Source: Candidatus Baldrarchaeota archaeon (GTDB taxonomy: Archaea; Asgardarchaeota; Baldrarchaeia; Baldrarchaeales; DXJG01). From it: a DNA stretch of 32,000 nucleotides. A model generated the notes under the pieces. That model worked only from the letters and a program-made list of their open reading frames with translations. It did no database searches and had not been told where the DNA came from. Location of the stretch: assembly GCA_019056805.1 (NCBI GenBank), contig DXJG01000009.1, positions 90,001 to 122,000 on the forward strand, given 5' to 3'. The translations under genes were made by a program, and so were the position numbers. Below are positions 15,968 through 25,573 of the stretch, piece by piece; the first letter of the stretch is position 1, and every line of letters starts with the position of its first letter.

Positions 15968-17776
15968 ATGAGAGTTGCTGTATTGAACAGAGATAGATGT
16001 AAGCCAAAGGACTGCGGACTCCCATGCATCAAGTTTTGTCCCATGGTTCGTACAGGGGTAGCAGCCATCTATATGGATGAAGAAACAGGAAAACCAATAA
16101 TATCCGAAAAGCTATGTACAGGCTGCGGAATATGCGTGAAGAAATGCCCATTCTCTGCGATAAACATAGTTAACCTCCCAGAAAAATTAAAGGAAGATCT
16201 TGTTCACAGATACGGAGTAAATGGGTTCGAACTTTTCCGTTTACCATTACCAAAAATTGGTAAAATTACAGGTTTAATCGGCCCAAATGGCGTTGGAAAA
16301 ACAACAGCTCTTAGAATACTAGCAGGAGAAATCAGACCCAACCTTGGAAAACATGATAAACCACCAGAGTGGGATGAAATTATCACTTATTTTAGAGGTT
16401 CGGAACTTCAACCTTACTTTGAAAAAATGGCAAACCAAAAGTTACATGTTGTACATAAGCCGCAAAACATAACAAAGCTTCCTAAAGTTGCAAAAGGAAT
16501 AGTTAGCGAACTCCTAGGCAAAGTTGATGAAAGAGGTATACTTGATGAACTTTCAGAAAAACTAGGACTAGATAAGGTTTGGGACCGCAAGTTAAGTGTA
16601 CTAAGTGGAGGAGAACTACAAAAAGTAGCAATAGCAGCCGTAATGATTAGAGATGCTGATGTATATCTTTTTGACGAGCCTTCAAGTTATTTAGATGTAA
16701 AAGAACGTATAAAAGTAGCAAAAACAATAAGATCACTAATTGAAGAAAACAGAACTGTAATAGTAGTAGAACACGATTTAGCCATGCTTGACTATCTCTC
16801 AGATTTCGTTTGTGTTTTCTACGGAGAACCAGGAGTTTATGGAATAGTATCACATCCACATGGGGTTCGAGAAGGCATCAACATATATTTAGATGGATTT
16901 CTACCCGATGAAAACATCAGATTTAGAGATGAACCTGTACGTTTCAAACTTCGCCCTGTTCCTGTAGAAAAACTTGGAACAGAAACAATACTTTTAGAAT
17001 TCGATAAAATGACAAAATCTTATGACGGTTTTAAACTTATAGTAGAGGGAGGAAAAATTCACTATGGTGAAATAATAGGCATATTAGGACCAAATGGTAT
17101 CGGCAAAACAACCTTTGTCAAAATGTTAGCAGGAATAATTAACCCAGATGAAGGAACACCACCGCAAAAAGAACTCAAAGTCAGCTACAAACCACAGTAT
17201 GTAACACCAGACTACGACGGAACAGTAAGAATGTTACTAAGACAAATAGCCAAAGACAAATTTGGAACAAGCCTTTACAAGTCAGAAATCATACGACCAC
17301 TACAACTTCAATATCTGCTTGATCAAAACGTAGCAGATCTAAGTGGAGGAGAACTACAAAGAGTAGCAATAGCAGTATGTTTATCCAGAGATGCAGATCT
17401 ATATTTACTTGATGAACCTAGTGCATTTCTGGATGTTGAACAGAGACTAGCCGCTGCAAAAACAATAAGAAAAGTAGTAGAAAGTAAAGGAGCAGCAGCA
17501 TTTGTTGTTGAACACGATATTGTTGCCCAAGACTTCATAGCAGATAGTCTAATGATCTTTACAGGAGAACCTGGAAAACAAGGAATAGCTCTACCACCAA
17601 TGGGACTAAGGGAAGGAATGAACACCTTTCTCAAAGAAATGCAAATAACATTTAGACGCGACCCTCAAACGGGAAGACCAAGGGTAAATAAAGAAGGATC
17701 ACGACTTGACAGATATCAGAAATCAATCAACGAATACTACTACTTACCAGTGAAAGAAACAACAGAAGAAGAATGA
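15968..17776 (+). CDS. abce1: Ribosome recycling factor ABCE1 (RNase L inhibitor)
   Basis: N-terminal Fe-S domain (CKPKDC..PCIKFCP; CTGCGICVKKCP), two ABC domains (GPNGVGKTT, LSGGELQ, DEPSSYLD; GPNGIGKTT, DEPSAFLD), C-terminal FRRDPQTGRPRVNKEGS. Confidence 0.98.
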   Translation: MRVAVLNRDRCKPKDCGLPCIKFCPMVRTGVAAIYMDEETGKPIISEKLCTGCGICVKKCPFSAINIVNLPEKLKEDLVHRYGVNGFELFRLPLPKIGKITGLIGPNGVGKTTALRILAGEIRPNLGKHDKPPEWDEIITYFRGSELQPYFEKMANQKLHVVHKPQNITKLPKVAKGIVSELLGKVDERGILDELSEKLGLDKVWDRKLSVLSGGELQKVAIAAVMIRDADVYLFDEPSSYLDVKERIKVAKTIRSLIEENRTVIVVEHDLAMLDYLSDFVCVFYGEPGVYGIVSHPHGVREGINIYLDGFLPDENIRFRDEPVRFKLRPVPVEKLGTETILLEFDKMTKSYDGFKLIVEGGKIHYGEIIGILGPNGIGKTTFVKMLAGIINPDEGTPPQKELKVSYKPQYVTPDYDGTVRMLLRQIAKDKFGTSLYKSEIIRPLQLQYLLDQNVADLSGGELQRVAIAVCLSRDADLYLLDEPSAFLDVEQRLAAAKTIRKVVESKGAAAFVVEHDIVAQDFIADSLMIFTGEPGKQGIALPPMGLREGMNTFLKEMQITFRRDPQTGRPRVNKEGSRLDRYQKSINEYYYLPVKETTEEE

Positions 17777-17891
17777 AAACTTCTTATAAACAAATCAAAC
17801 TTCATTTAAAATATGTTGTGCAAAACTTCTGTAAAATACCTGTATCTTAAATTTATATCGTTATGTAGCGAAAAACAAAGAAGTAAATTGT

Positions 17892-19445
17892 TTAATTTGT
17901 AGCTACACTGGCTGCTTCTATTTCTGTTAATTTGCCTCTTTGCTTCTTCCATTCTTCAATGGGTACAGCGAATTGCCGTTCGACTATAGGTCTATGAATA
18001 CTGTTCATAGTACAGAATGGTACAATGCGACCATCAGGAAGTCCATAATGAATACAGCAACGTTCTACTCGTTCCAAGTCGAAGTTATATGGATCCATAA
18101 AGTGCATAGATCCTATCATTATTATTCTTCTCATGAACTCTCCAAGCGAACTGTAATCTCCACGTTTTAGAATAGTTACTATCAAGTCTTTTAGTAGACC
18201 CTTTTTCTTAACGTACCTTACTGCACCAAGCAATCTTAATTTAGATTTTATTTTGTCTATTCTTCCTCCTTTCTCTAGATCGTCAGCGATCTTTTCCAGG
18301 GTCCCCATGAATCGCTCTACATCTATGTATTTTGTTATCGGCACATATTCGTTATTTTCCTCTACTACTATGAATGTAGCCATTCCACATGCTGGGTGTG
18401 TTGAAAATTCTACGGCCGGATTTCCTTTTGTTAATCCAAGTGCTCTAGATAGGGGTATCGGGAATGAAGTAGGGTACCAATCTTCTTCCTTTATTATTCC
18501 ATTTGTTTGTTCTTCTGTTAATTTCATTAGGTCTGGTATTGTTATACGCATTTTCTCTCTTTCTTCACGATCTATTCTTCCAGTTATAGAAACTGGTTGA
18601 AAGTTTACCCCCCTTATCACATCGTAATTTTTAACGGCAAATTCTATAATTTTTCCAATTTGATTATCATTTACACCTCTAACAAGCGTTGGAACAAGAA
18701 CGATACTGTGAAGACCTACCTTTCTACAAACTTCGATAGCCTTTAGTTTCTCTGGTAAAAGGTTACGACCTCTAGCTATTTCGTAAGGTTCAGGTGTTAT
18801 ACCATCAAACTGAAGATATATTGTACTTAACCCAGCTTCCTTAAGTTTTCTAGCATATTCTTCATCTGTTAGCCGTAAGCCGTTTGTCGCTATCTCAACA
18901 TGAGGGAATCCGACTTCCTTAGCCATTCTTATAAGCTCTGGTAAATCTTCCCTAACAGTCGGTTCACCACCAGCAAATTGTACAGCTGGCGCTGGTACAG
19001 GTCTATTGTTCCTGAAATTTACGAGAATTTTCCGTATCTCTTCCTTTGAAGGTTCATATACGTATCCAGCTGAAGCAGCGTTTGCAAAACATATCGGACA
19101 TCGCAGGTTGCAACGATTTGTTACATCGATTAGCGCTAGGGCTGTGTGTGTTTTATGATTGGGGCAAAGACCGCAATCTTGTGGACAACCTTTTTGTGTT
19201 TGTGTTCTAGGATTTTCCAATCCTAATCCTTTATACCACCATCTCATAGCTCTTTTGAATTGTTCTACACTTCCCCAGTAAACATCTTTAAATGTTCCAT
19301 GCTGTGGACATGTTTTTTCTATCATTACCTTTCCATTTTCTTCGTAAACTTTTGCGGCTATGACATTAACCTTACCGTCAAGGATACATTCAGGACATAG
19401 CGATTTCGTTTCGTAGGGCAGTACCTTTGGCGGTTCCCTCTCCAT
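17892..19445 (-). CDS. tes: Tetraether lipid synthase Tes / GDGT-MAS (MJ0619-family radical SAM)
   Basis: N-terminal CPEC..CPQH metal site, CPQDCGLCPNH, DVTNRCNLRCPICFA, QFAGGEPT, YLQFDG, HPACG, C-terminal HFMDPYNFDLERVERCCIHY..PDGRIVPFC. Confidence 0.85.
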   Translation of the reverse strand: MEREPPKVLPYETKSLCPECILDGKVNVIAAKVYEENGKVMIEKTCPQHGTFKDVYWGSVEQFKRAMRWWYKGLGLENPRTQTQKGCPQDCGLCPNHKTHTALALIDVTNRCNLRCPICFANAASAGYVYEPSKEEIRKILVNFRNNRPVPAPAVQFAGGEPTVREDLPELIRMAKEVGFPHVEIATNGLRLTDEEYARKLKEAGLSTIYLQFDGITPEPYEIARGRNLLPEKLKAIEVCRKVGLHSIVLVPTLVRGVNDNQIGKIIEFAVKNYDVIRGVNFQPVSITGRIDREEREKMRITIPDLMKLTEEQTNGIIKEEDWYPTSFPIPLSRALGLTKGNPAVEFSTHPACGMATFIVVEENNEYVPITKYIDVERFMGTLEKIADDLEKGGRIDKIKSKLRLLGAVRYVKKKGLLKDLIVTILKRGDYSSLGEFMRRIIMIGSMHFMDPYNFDLERVERCCIHYGLPDGRIVPFCTMNSIHRPIVERQFAVPIEEWKKQRGKLTEIEAASVATN

Positions 19446-19791
19446 TGGTACACCTCCTTCTTATAGCTATTAATGTTCTTACAAGCAATTTAACTATTTT
19501 CCAACCTTTCATACGGGAAATGGTAGGAAATAATATAAACTCAATAAACAAGTCTAATTAACGCATATGACAATTTACTCAATAAATAAATCATACAATA
19601 AATTCTTTGTTTCTATAGCATAGAAATTTAAATTTCTGATAATTCAAGAGTTTTATGGATTTTTCGGCTTTGTTTATTAAATAAGTTTTGAATTCGTAAA
19701 CACGTACATCCATAATTCTTTCACCGCAGTGTTTCCAAATAATTTTATAATAAGTTTTCTAATATATTTTAAATGAAAGAGGAGGTTAAAT

Positions 19792-21513
19792 ATGGGCGAA
19801 ATATCTGGTGGAAGGCTTGTTGCTAAGGCATTAAAAGCAGAAGGAGTGAAATATGTCTTTTCTCTGCCGGGTGGACATATTGCCCCAATATATGAAGGAT
19901 TAATAGAAGAAGGCATCGAAATTATAAGTACACGGCATGAACAAGCAGCTGGAAATGCAGCAGATGGTTGGGGAAGAGTTACAAGAACTCCAGGTGTCTG
20001 TCTTGTTACAGCAGGTCCAGGAATTGTAAATTTAATTCCCGCACTAGCTCAAGCCTACTACGCTAATAGTCCAGTCATCGGGATTACGGGACACACTGCA
20101 TTTGTATTCTCGGATAAACATGCTTTTCAAGAAGTCGATAGCATAGCACTAGCTAATCCTGTAACGAAATGGGCAAAAACTTGTTCAATAGTTTATAGGA
20201 TCCCAGAATATGTACAAGACGCTTTTAGAGCAGCAACTTCTGGAAAAATGGGTCCTGTACTTTTAGATTTCCCACTTGATACGATGTGTTTGTCTTGTGA
20301 TGAATCAAAAGTATCAATATTTCCTCCAGAGAAATACAGAGCAACAGGGAAAATATATGGGGATCCAATATTAATTAAAAAGGCAGCAGAAATGTTATTA
20401 AATGCGGAAAGACCGATAATACTTGCAGGAAGTGGAGTTTACTGGTCAAATGCTTCAGAAGAATTAATAAAGTTTGCAGAATTTGCACAAATTCCTGTAG
20501 TATATTATGAACTTGGGCAAGGCTGTATTCCAGATGATCACCCCCTCTGTATAGGAAACGCGATCGTAGGCTTACGATTTGCAAAACCTGATGTTATGCT
20601 TGCTATTGGAGTATGTTTTGACGAATTACTGGGATTCGGTATCGACGAAATTATGTATCCAAAAGATTTGAAAGTGGTTCATGTTGACATAGAGCCAAGC
20701 ATTATTGGGAAAAACCGCCCGATAGATTTAGGGATTATTGGAGACCCTAAGGCGGTATTATCTCAATTGTTAGAAGCTATGAAACAAATTTTAGAAAAAG
20801 AAGGAATTAAAGAGAGACCATGGGCAAAAAGGCTAGCAGAAATAAAGAAAACATTTTTCTCAGGATTTGAAAAGGCAGGGGATTCGACAGCCAAACCGAT
20901 AAGACCTGAGAGATTAATGAAAGAAATACGTGAATTCGTAACATCGGATACCATTGTTATTTTAGATGGTGGAGATACATCTGTTTGGGCGCATACATAT
21001 CTCAAAGCGCAGTCTCCTGGACAAATAATAGGTTCACAAGGACCTTTAGGCCATTTAGGTGCGGGAATACCCATGGGAATTGCAGCAAAACTTGCAAAAC
21101 CTGAAAAGAAAGTTTTCGTTATAACTGGAGATGGCAGCTTTCTTTTTAACGGTGCAGAAATAGACACTGCAGTAAGATACAACATTCCATTTGTAGTTAT
21201 AATTGCAAATGATAGTTATTGGGGCATGGTATATCATGGAAATGTAATAGCATGGAAGTCTAAAGAAAAATCCTCAATAGGAACAAAATTGAATGAAAAA
21301 GTTAGATATGATAAATTCGCCGAAAGTCTTGGAGGATACGGGGAAACTGTCACAGAACCAGAAGAAATTAAACCAGCAATCCAAAGAGCCTTAAAAGAAA
21401 ATGTTCCCGCTGTTATCGATGTTCGCATAGACACAGAAGCCATCACAATACTCGCACAATATTTCGCATCCACAGCAACATCACAATTTTGGAAAAAATA
21501 CTGGACATTCTAA
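19792..21513 (+). CDS. Thiamine-pyrophosphate enzyme (acetolactate synthase / 2-hydroxyacyl-CoA lyase-like)
   Basis: TRHEQAAGNAADGWGR, VTAGPG, GDGSF...ND TPP motif; RBS GAGGAGG. Confidence 0.85.
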   Translation: MGEISGGRLVAKALKAEGVKYVFSLPGGHIAPIYEGLIEEGIEIISTRHEQAAGNAADGWGRVTRTPGVCLVTAGPGIVNLIPALAQAYYANSPVIGITGHTAFVFSDKHAFQEVDSIALANPVTKWAKTCSIVYRIPEYVQDAFRAATSGKMGPVLLDFPLDTMCLSCDESKVSIFPPEKYRATGKIYGDPILIKKAAEMLLNAERPIILAGSGVYWSNASEELIKFAEFAQIPVVYYELGQGCIPDDHPLCIGNAIVGLRFAKPDVMLAIGVCFDELLGFGIDEIMYPKDLKVVHVDIEPSIIGKNRPIDLGIIGDPKAVLSQLLEAMKQILEKEGIKERPWAKRLAEIKKTFFSGFEKAGDSTAKPIRPERLMKEIREFVTSDTIVILDGGDTSVWAHTYLKAQSPGQIIGSQGPLGHLGAGIPMGIAAKLAKPEKKVFVITGDGSFLFNGAEIDTAVRYNIPFVVIIANDSYWGMVYHGNVIAWKSKEKSSIGTKLNEKVRYDKFAESLGGYGETVTEPEEIKPAIQRALKENVPAVIDVRIDTEAITILAQYFASTATSQFWKKYWTF

Positions 21514-21550
21514 CCCATTTTATTTCTTCAAGAGAAGTGAAATCCTTAAG

Positions 21551-21566
21551 AAGAAATGTTTTTAAG
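21551..21566 (+). promoter_or_regulatory. BRE/TATA for sRNA-C
   Basis: AAGAAA (21551-21556) then TTTTTAAG (21559-21566), about 23 nt upstream of the RNA stem. Confidence 0.5.
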
Positions 21567-21588
21567 TCCGGGGGCTATCTGAATTAAA

Positions 21589-21653
21589 TGGGCTGATGAT
21601 AGAGCCTGTCGACGTGGATTCAAGATGACTGTCGACCAACGGTTTGAAGCCCG
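21589..21653 (+). ncRNA. Box C/D-type sRNA candidate with divergent boxes (sRNA-C)
   Basis: Terminal stem UGGGCU/AGCCCG, GAU bulge, AUGAUAG (C), 12 nt, UGGA (D'), UUCAAG, AUGACUG (C'), 12 nt, UUGA (D). K-turn register and both 12-nt spacers are canonical. Confidence 0.62.
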
Positions 21654-21711
21654 CTTTCATTTATCGTATAAAATCTTCATTTTCGATTATATTCGTTAAA
21701 ATGGTGATTAC

Positions 21712-22350
21712 ATGCTTTTTGAAAGGATATTTGTATTTCCTTTTCCAGAAATTGAATTATTTAAAAGATCCTACTTACAAAGAACTGCTCTATTAAAATT
21801 GAATTCAGCCGCGAGATGTCTCAACGCTGCTTTTTATCTGTCTCATAATATTAGAAGAGATACCCAAGTTTTTCTCCTATTTAAATTGGAGGATCTTGGA
21901 CACCTCTGTATTAATTTTGTCGGTAAAGATTTGAAACGTTTTCAACCAGATGAACATAGCATTCTCGGATTGATAAGAAATTCAATCATTAAATTTAGAA
22001 AGTATGAAAGAATCCGTAGAGAAATAGAAAAGAAATTTCAAGCTTATCCAGGAGTATTTGTACTTAAAATTTCCTTTTCAGAACTATTAAGTAATTTAAT
22101 TGATGAAGATTATCAAATTCTTTATTCGTCTGCCAAGGGAACTGATGTAAGAAAAATAAAATTTACACAAAAACTAGCATTTATTACAGCCAACAAAAAT
22201 ACATTGAATGAAAAAGATTGGGAAATACTCCGTAAAAACGGAGTCGGTATCCATTTTGGTGATAAATTACCTAGAATAGATATTCAAGTTATCCTTCTTC
22301 ACAACGAACTTGACCGAGTAGAAACAAAATATCTATCCAATTCATTATGA
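21712..22350 (+). CDS. TrmY-like SPOUT protein with degenerate SAM-binding knot
   Basis: ARCLNAAFYLSHNIRRD, PDEHSI, YPGV and HNELDR are present. GRxD, GPP, GDHxG and SxGP motifs are absent. Confidence 0.75.
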   Translation: MLFERIFVFPFPEIELFKRSYLQRTALLKLNSAARCLNAAFYLSHNIRRDTQVFLLFKLEDLGHLCINFVGKDLKRFQPDEHSILGLIRNSIIKFRKYERIRREIEKKFQAYPGVFVLKISFSELLSNLIDEDYQILYSSAKGTDVRKIKFTQKLAFITANKNTLNEKDWEILRKNGVGIHFGDKLPRIDIQVILLHNELDRVETKYLSNSL

Positions 22351-22928
22351 ACTATAGCAATACAGTGACTCCCTAGCAGCGACCTAGGACCTACAGAAGC
22401 TTTTACAGCACCTAATCTTTCTAATAGTAACTCGTCAGAATCATTTAATCCTATGTGATCCCCTAAAACAAAAACATGAACGGACTTCGCAGAAAATGTC
22501 ATCTTTCTTATATCTTTTCCCCTTTCATGTAAATATATTAAATGATAACCTTTTTCCGCGAAAAATTCAACTAAATCTTGAAAAGATGTTCGACTGACAC
22601 TAATACCCGCTAAAACTTCTTCTTCGACACTACTTCTACAAGATTTCAAAGCTTCTCTTATCATCTTAGCTATAGATATTTCATCTGCTTCTAAACTTTC
22701 TACTTTTGAACCATCTACTCTAATTATTTTAGGAGGAGTAGGTGGCCCTAGCAGAACCGCATAAAAAACAGTGTCTTTTCTCGGTTCATCATGGTAAAGT
22801 AAGGCTCTACTTATGCAACGGCAAACTATATCCATACGCCCGCCAGTACTTGGTAGACCTTTCAAATGAAATTTATGATCTGTTCTAGCTTTATTGGCCT
22901 TCAATACAAATATTCTCTTACCTTGCAC
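22299..22928 (-). CDS. trmY: tRNA (pseudouridine54-N1)-methyltransferase TrmY
   Basis: LPSTGGRMDIVCRC, LLGPPTPPK, YLHERGKDI, FVLGDHIGL, SVGPRSLLGSHCIAIVHNELDR. Start placed at GTG 22928, just after the pyrF stop. Confidence 0.85.
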   Translation of the reverse strand: MQGKRIFVLKANKARTDHKFHLKGLPSTGGRMDIVCRCISRALLYHDEPRKDTVFYAVLLGPPTPPKIIRVDGSKVESLEADEISIAKMIREALKSCRSSVEEEVLAGISVSRTSFQDLVEFFAEKGYHLIYLHERGKDIRKMTFSAKSVHVFVLGDHIGLNDSDELLLERLGAVKASVGPRSLLGSHCIAIVHNELDRYFVSTRSSSL

Positions 22929-22929
22929 C

Positions 22930-23754
22930 CTATTTTTCTCCCAACGATCCGATAGCATAATTAATCATTTCCTTTATTTTCTTAGCAGTTTCAACCGGAT
23001 TTGGCGAATTTAAAATTGTCCTACCCACTATCGCATAATCAGTTCCAGATTTGAATGCTTCTTCAATCTTTCCTCCTTGGATACCAATTCCTGGAGAAAA
23101 TATAGGAACCTTTGTTCCAAGAATAGTCTTTACTTCTTTCACTATTTTTGGATATGTAGCCCCGACCACAACACCGTCTGCTTCCCATTTCAAAGCTTTT
23201 TCAGCAAATATAATATATTGAGCTACCTTTTTTCCTTCACTTGTTAAGACTAGTTGACCATATCCTTCTCGTGCAGCTAAATGACTCATATAAACCAGTA
23301 GTATAACACCCTTGTCCTGTTTTCTAGCCTCTTCAAAAACTTTATTGAGACCGTCTTCCCAGCCAACAAAAGGATTTGCTATAACCGCGTCAAATCCCGC
23401 ATTGAAAAAATGTCGTGCTATCCATTGATTTGTATGCCCAACATCATTTATTTTACAATCCGCTATCAGCGGAAGTCCGTATTTTTCCACTCTGTCCACT
23501 ATTTCCTGTAAATCATCAAAAAGCCCTAATGGAAGAACCAGTTGCATATTTATCTTTACAGCAGCAAGATGCTCCGCAACGCTTTCAAGAACTCTTAAAG
23601 ATTTTTTGAGAAGTTGCTCCTTCTTCTCTTTCCATAAACCTCTTTCCGATCGTGAAAATACTTCCGAGTAGTCTAGAGCCAAAATAAGACGACTTTTATG
23701 CCTATTAGTAGCTTTTTCCAGCTTTAAAGAAAATTTATTACTATTCAAGTACAT
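22930..23754 (-). CDS. pyrF: Orotidine 5'-phosphate decarboxylase
   Basis: LILALD, AVK, IADCKINDVGHT (DxKxxD), VVGATYP, SPGIGIQGG, IVGRTI. Confidence 0.95.
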   Translation of the reverse strand: MYLNSNKFSLKLEKATNRHKSRLILALDYSEVFSRSERGLWKEKKEQLLKKSLRVLESVAEHLAAVKINMQLVLPLGLFDDLQEIVDRVEKYGLPLIADCKINDVGHTNQWIARHFFNAGFDAVIANPFVGWEDGLNKVFEEARKQDKGVILLVYMSHLAAREGYGQLVLTSEGKKVAQYIIFAEKALKWEADGVVVGATYPKIVKEVKTILGTKVPIFSPGIGIQGGKIEEAFKSGTDYAIVGRTILNSPNPVETAKKIKEMINYAIGSLGEK

Positions 23755-23825
23755 TACCTCGCCATTACAAGTTCAAAACTCTTATTTTTACCTAAGCTTA
23801 TTTAAAATTATAAGTATAAACCGTC

Positions 23826-24890
23826 GTGGAGGTTAATACTTTGTCTTTTTATCCAACTGGAAGTCCATTCTCAAGATTAATAGTGTTTTTATCAGCAATA
23901 CTAACTCCAATTTACTTCATACTTCTCATTTCATATTCTCCAGTAGAATTAAAATTTTTGGATGCTTTCTTCAAATATTTTGCTATGCCTCTAACCTTCA
24001 GCTTTCCATGGCTTCTCTTCATATACATTAATAGAAATACGCTGGTCGCAACCTTAGACGAAATAAAATCTGCAACTTCAATCATACCTTTAAGATGGAA
24101 AATATTTTATGGAATTAACGCGTTATTTATCCTCCTCTTCTTTGTTCTCCCTCTTGTTTCTCCTCCTCTTGCAGTATTTACAGCAATAGTCCTCGCTGTT
24201 AGAATTACACGAAAATCAAAATTTACGTTAGAAGGAAGCGAAAAAACTCCATTCCTTTTAAGTTTCATTCTATCAATAATTTTTGCCATCATTCCAGCAT
24301 ATTTCTTATTACTTTTCTTACCTGCCTACTCAACAGTATTTTTCTGGACATTAAACATTTGGTGGAACAATGTATTTCTACTCTACGATCTATCAATCTG
24401 GATAGTCAACTCTTTAGCCATAGGATCCTTAATATGGTTAATTTATACAGGCGCCGCTGAATATGAAGAAAGAATATATGGATGGAGAAAAACTCAAGCC
24501 CCGGCAAACCTAATTAGATTAATCCAATTTTTATTCTTCCTATTTTTAGCTTTCATCGGCCTACCTAAATACTCATGGATCCAAAAAATCTATGAACACT
24601 ACTCTTTACCAGTTTTTGATGGAGCCGAACAATTTCTCTCAACAGTTAACATTACCTGTCTTATCATAGTTAGTTTTGTAATTCTAATATCTTTAGTTAG
24701 AGGACTAAAAAAGATAGAATATAGAGGATCTTTCATTGGCTATCTTTTTGCCGCTGGATTCCTAATTATCGATGTTTTTTGGAGGTTCAATAAACATCTA
24801 ATAACCCTCTCAATAATCTCAGCCTCAATAATGTTTTTCTTAATTTTCATATATTGTTTCACCAGTGTTAAGCGAGAAGTCGAGGGATGA
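23826..24890 (+). CDS. Multi-pass membrane protein of unknown function
   Basis: 354-aa ORF with many hydrophobic segments; no recognised motif. Confidence 0.7.
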   Translation: MEVNTLSFYPTGSPFSRLIVFLSAILTPIYFILLISYSPVELKFLDAFFKYFAMPLTFSFPWLLFIYINRNTLVATLDEIKSATSIIPLRWKIFYGINALFILLFFVLPLVSPPLAVFTAIVLAVRITRKSKFTLEGSEKTPFLLSFILSIIFAIIPAYFLLLFLPAYSTVFFWTLNIWWNNVFLLYDLSIWIVNSLAIGSLIWLIYTGAAEYEERIYGWRKTQAPANLIRLIQFLFFLFLAFIGLPKYSWIQKIYEHYSLPVFDGAEQFLSTVNITCLIIVSFVILISLVRGLKKIEYRGSFIGYLFAAGFLIIDVFWRFNKHLITLSIISASIMFFLIFIYCFTSVKREVEG

Positions 24891-25573
24891 CAACGATGAT
24901 TGTTTGGAGCGAAGAAGTAAGAAAAAGAATTCCAGACCTGCATCTTACTTTAGGAATCGTAAAAAATGTAAAAGTAGGACCTTCAACAAAAAGAAACCAA
25001 GAAATATATAATTGTATTGTCTCTATGATTAGAGAAAACTATGACCTCGAAAATTTGAAAAATGACCCGGTTATACGCGCTTATAGGGATTTCTACTGGC
25101 ATTATCTCAAGATTGATCCCACAAAGGTCAGGCCTGCCGGAGAAGCTTTAATCAGACGCATATTAAGCGGTAAATCTGTACCCAGTATATCAAATGTTGT
25201 GGATGCATACAATGCAGCCAGTATTGAAACAAAAATATCTCTTGGCGCGTATGACTATGATTTGCTAAAGTTTCCATTACATGTTAGATTTGCGAAAAGT
25301 GGAGAAAAATTTAAACCAATAGGTAAAAGCGAAACTCAACTTGCTGGCAAAGAACTCGTAGTTGCTGACGAAGAAAAGATAATTTGCCTATATCCTCACA
25401 GAGATTCAGAAAAAACGAAAGTAGATTCTAATACACGTAATGTACTTATCCTAGGTTACGGTGTACCAAACTTGGATAGTGAAGTCGTTTTTAATGCAGT
25501 AAAAATAGCTTGCAATTACATCTTGGAAGTTGCAGGAGGAAACATAGAAAGGATAGAAAAATACGTAATTTAA
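24887..25573 (+). CDS. Stand-alone B3/B4 domain protein (PheRS-beta editing-domain-like)
   Basis: YRDFYW..LKIDPTKVRPAGEALIRR, ISNVVDAYNAAS, LGAYD, ELVVADEEK, YPHRDSEKTKV. Confidence 0.88.
   Translation: MTTMIVWSEEVRKRIPDLHLTLGIVKNVKVGPSTKRNQEIYNCIVSMIRENYDLENLKNDPVIRAYRDFYWHYLKIDPTKVRPAGEALIRRILSGKSVPSISNVVDAYNAASIETKISLGAYDYDLLKFPLHVRFAKSGEKFKPIGKSETQLAGKELVVADEEKIICLYPHRDSEKTKVDSNTRNVLILGYGVPNLDSEVVFNAVKIACNYILEVAGGNIERIEKYVI

Noticed and set aside
21589-21653. Eukaryote-like SECIS element (AUGA/GA core) in the 3' UTR of the TPP-enzyme gene
   Set aside because: No adjacent gene shows an in-frame UGA with a selenoprotein context. The element has its own promoter and C/D-type 12-nt spacing.
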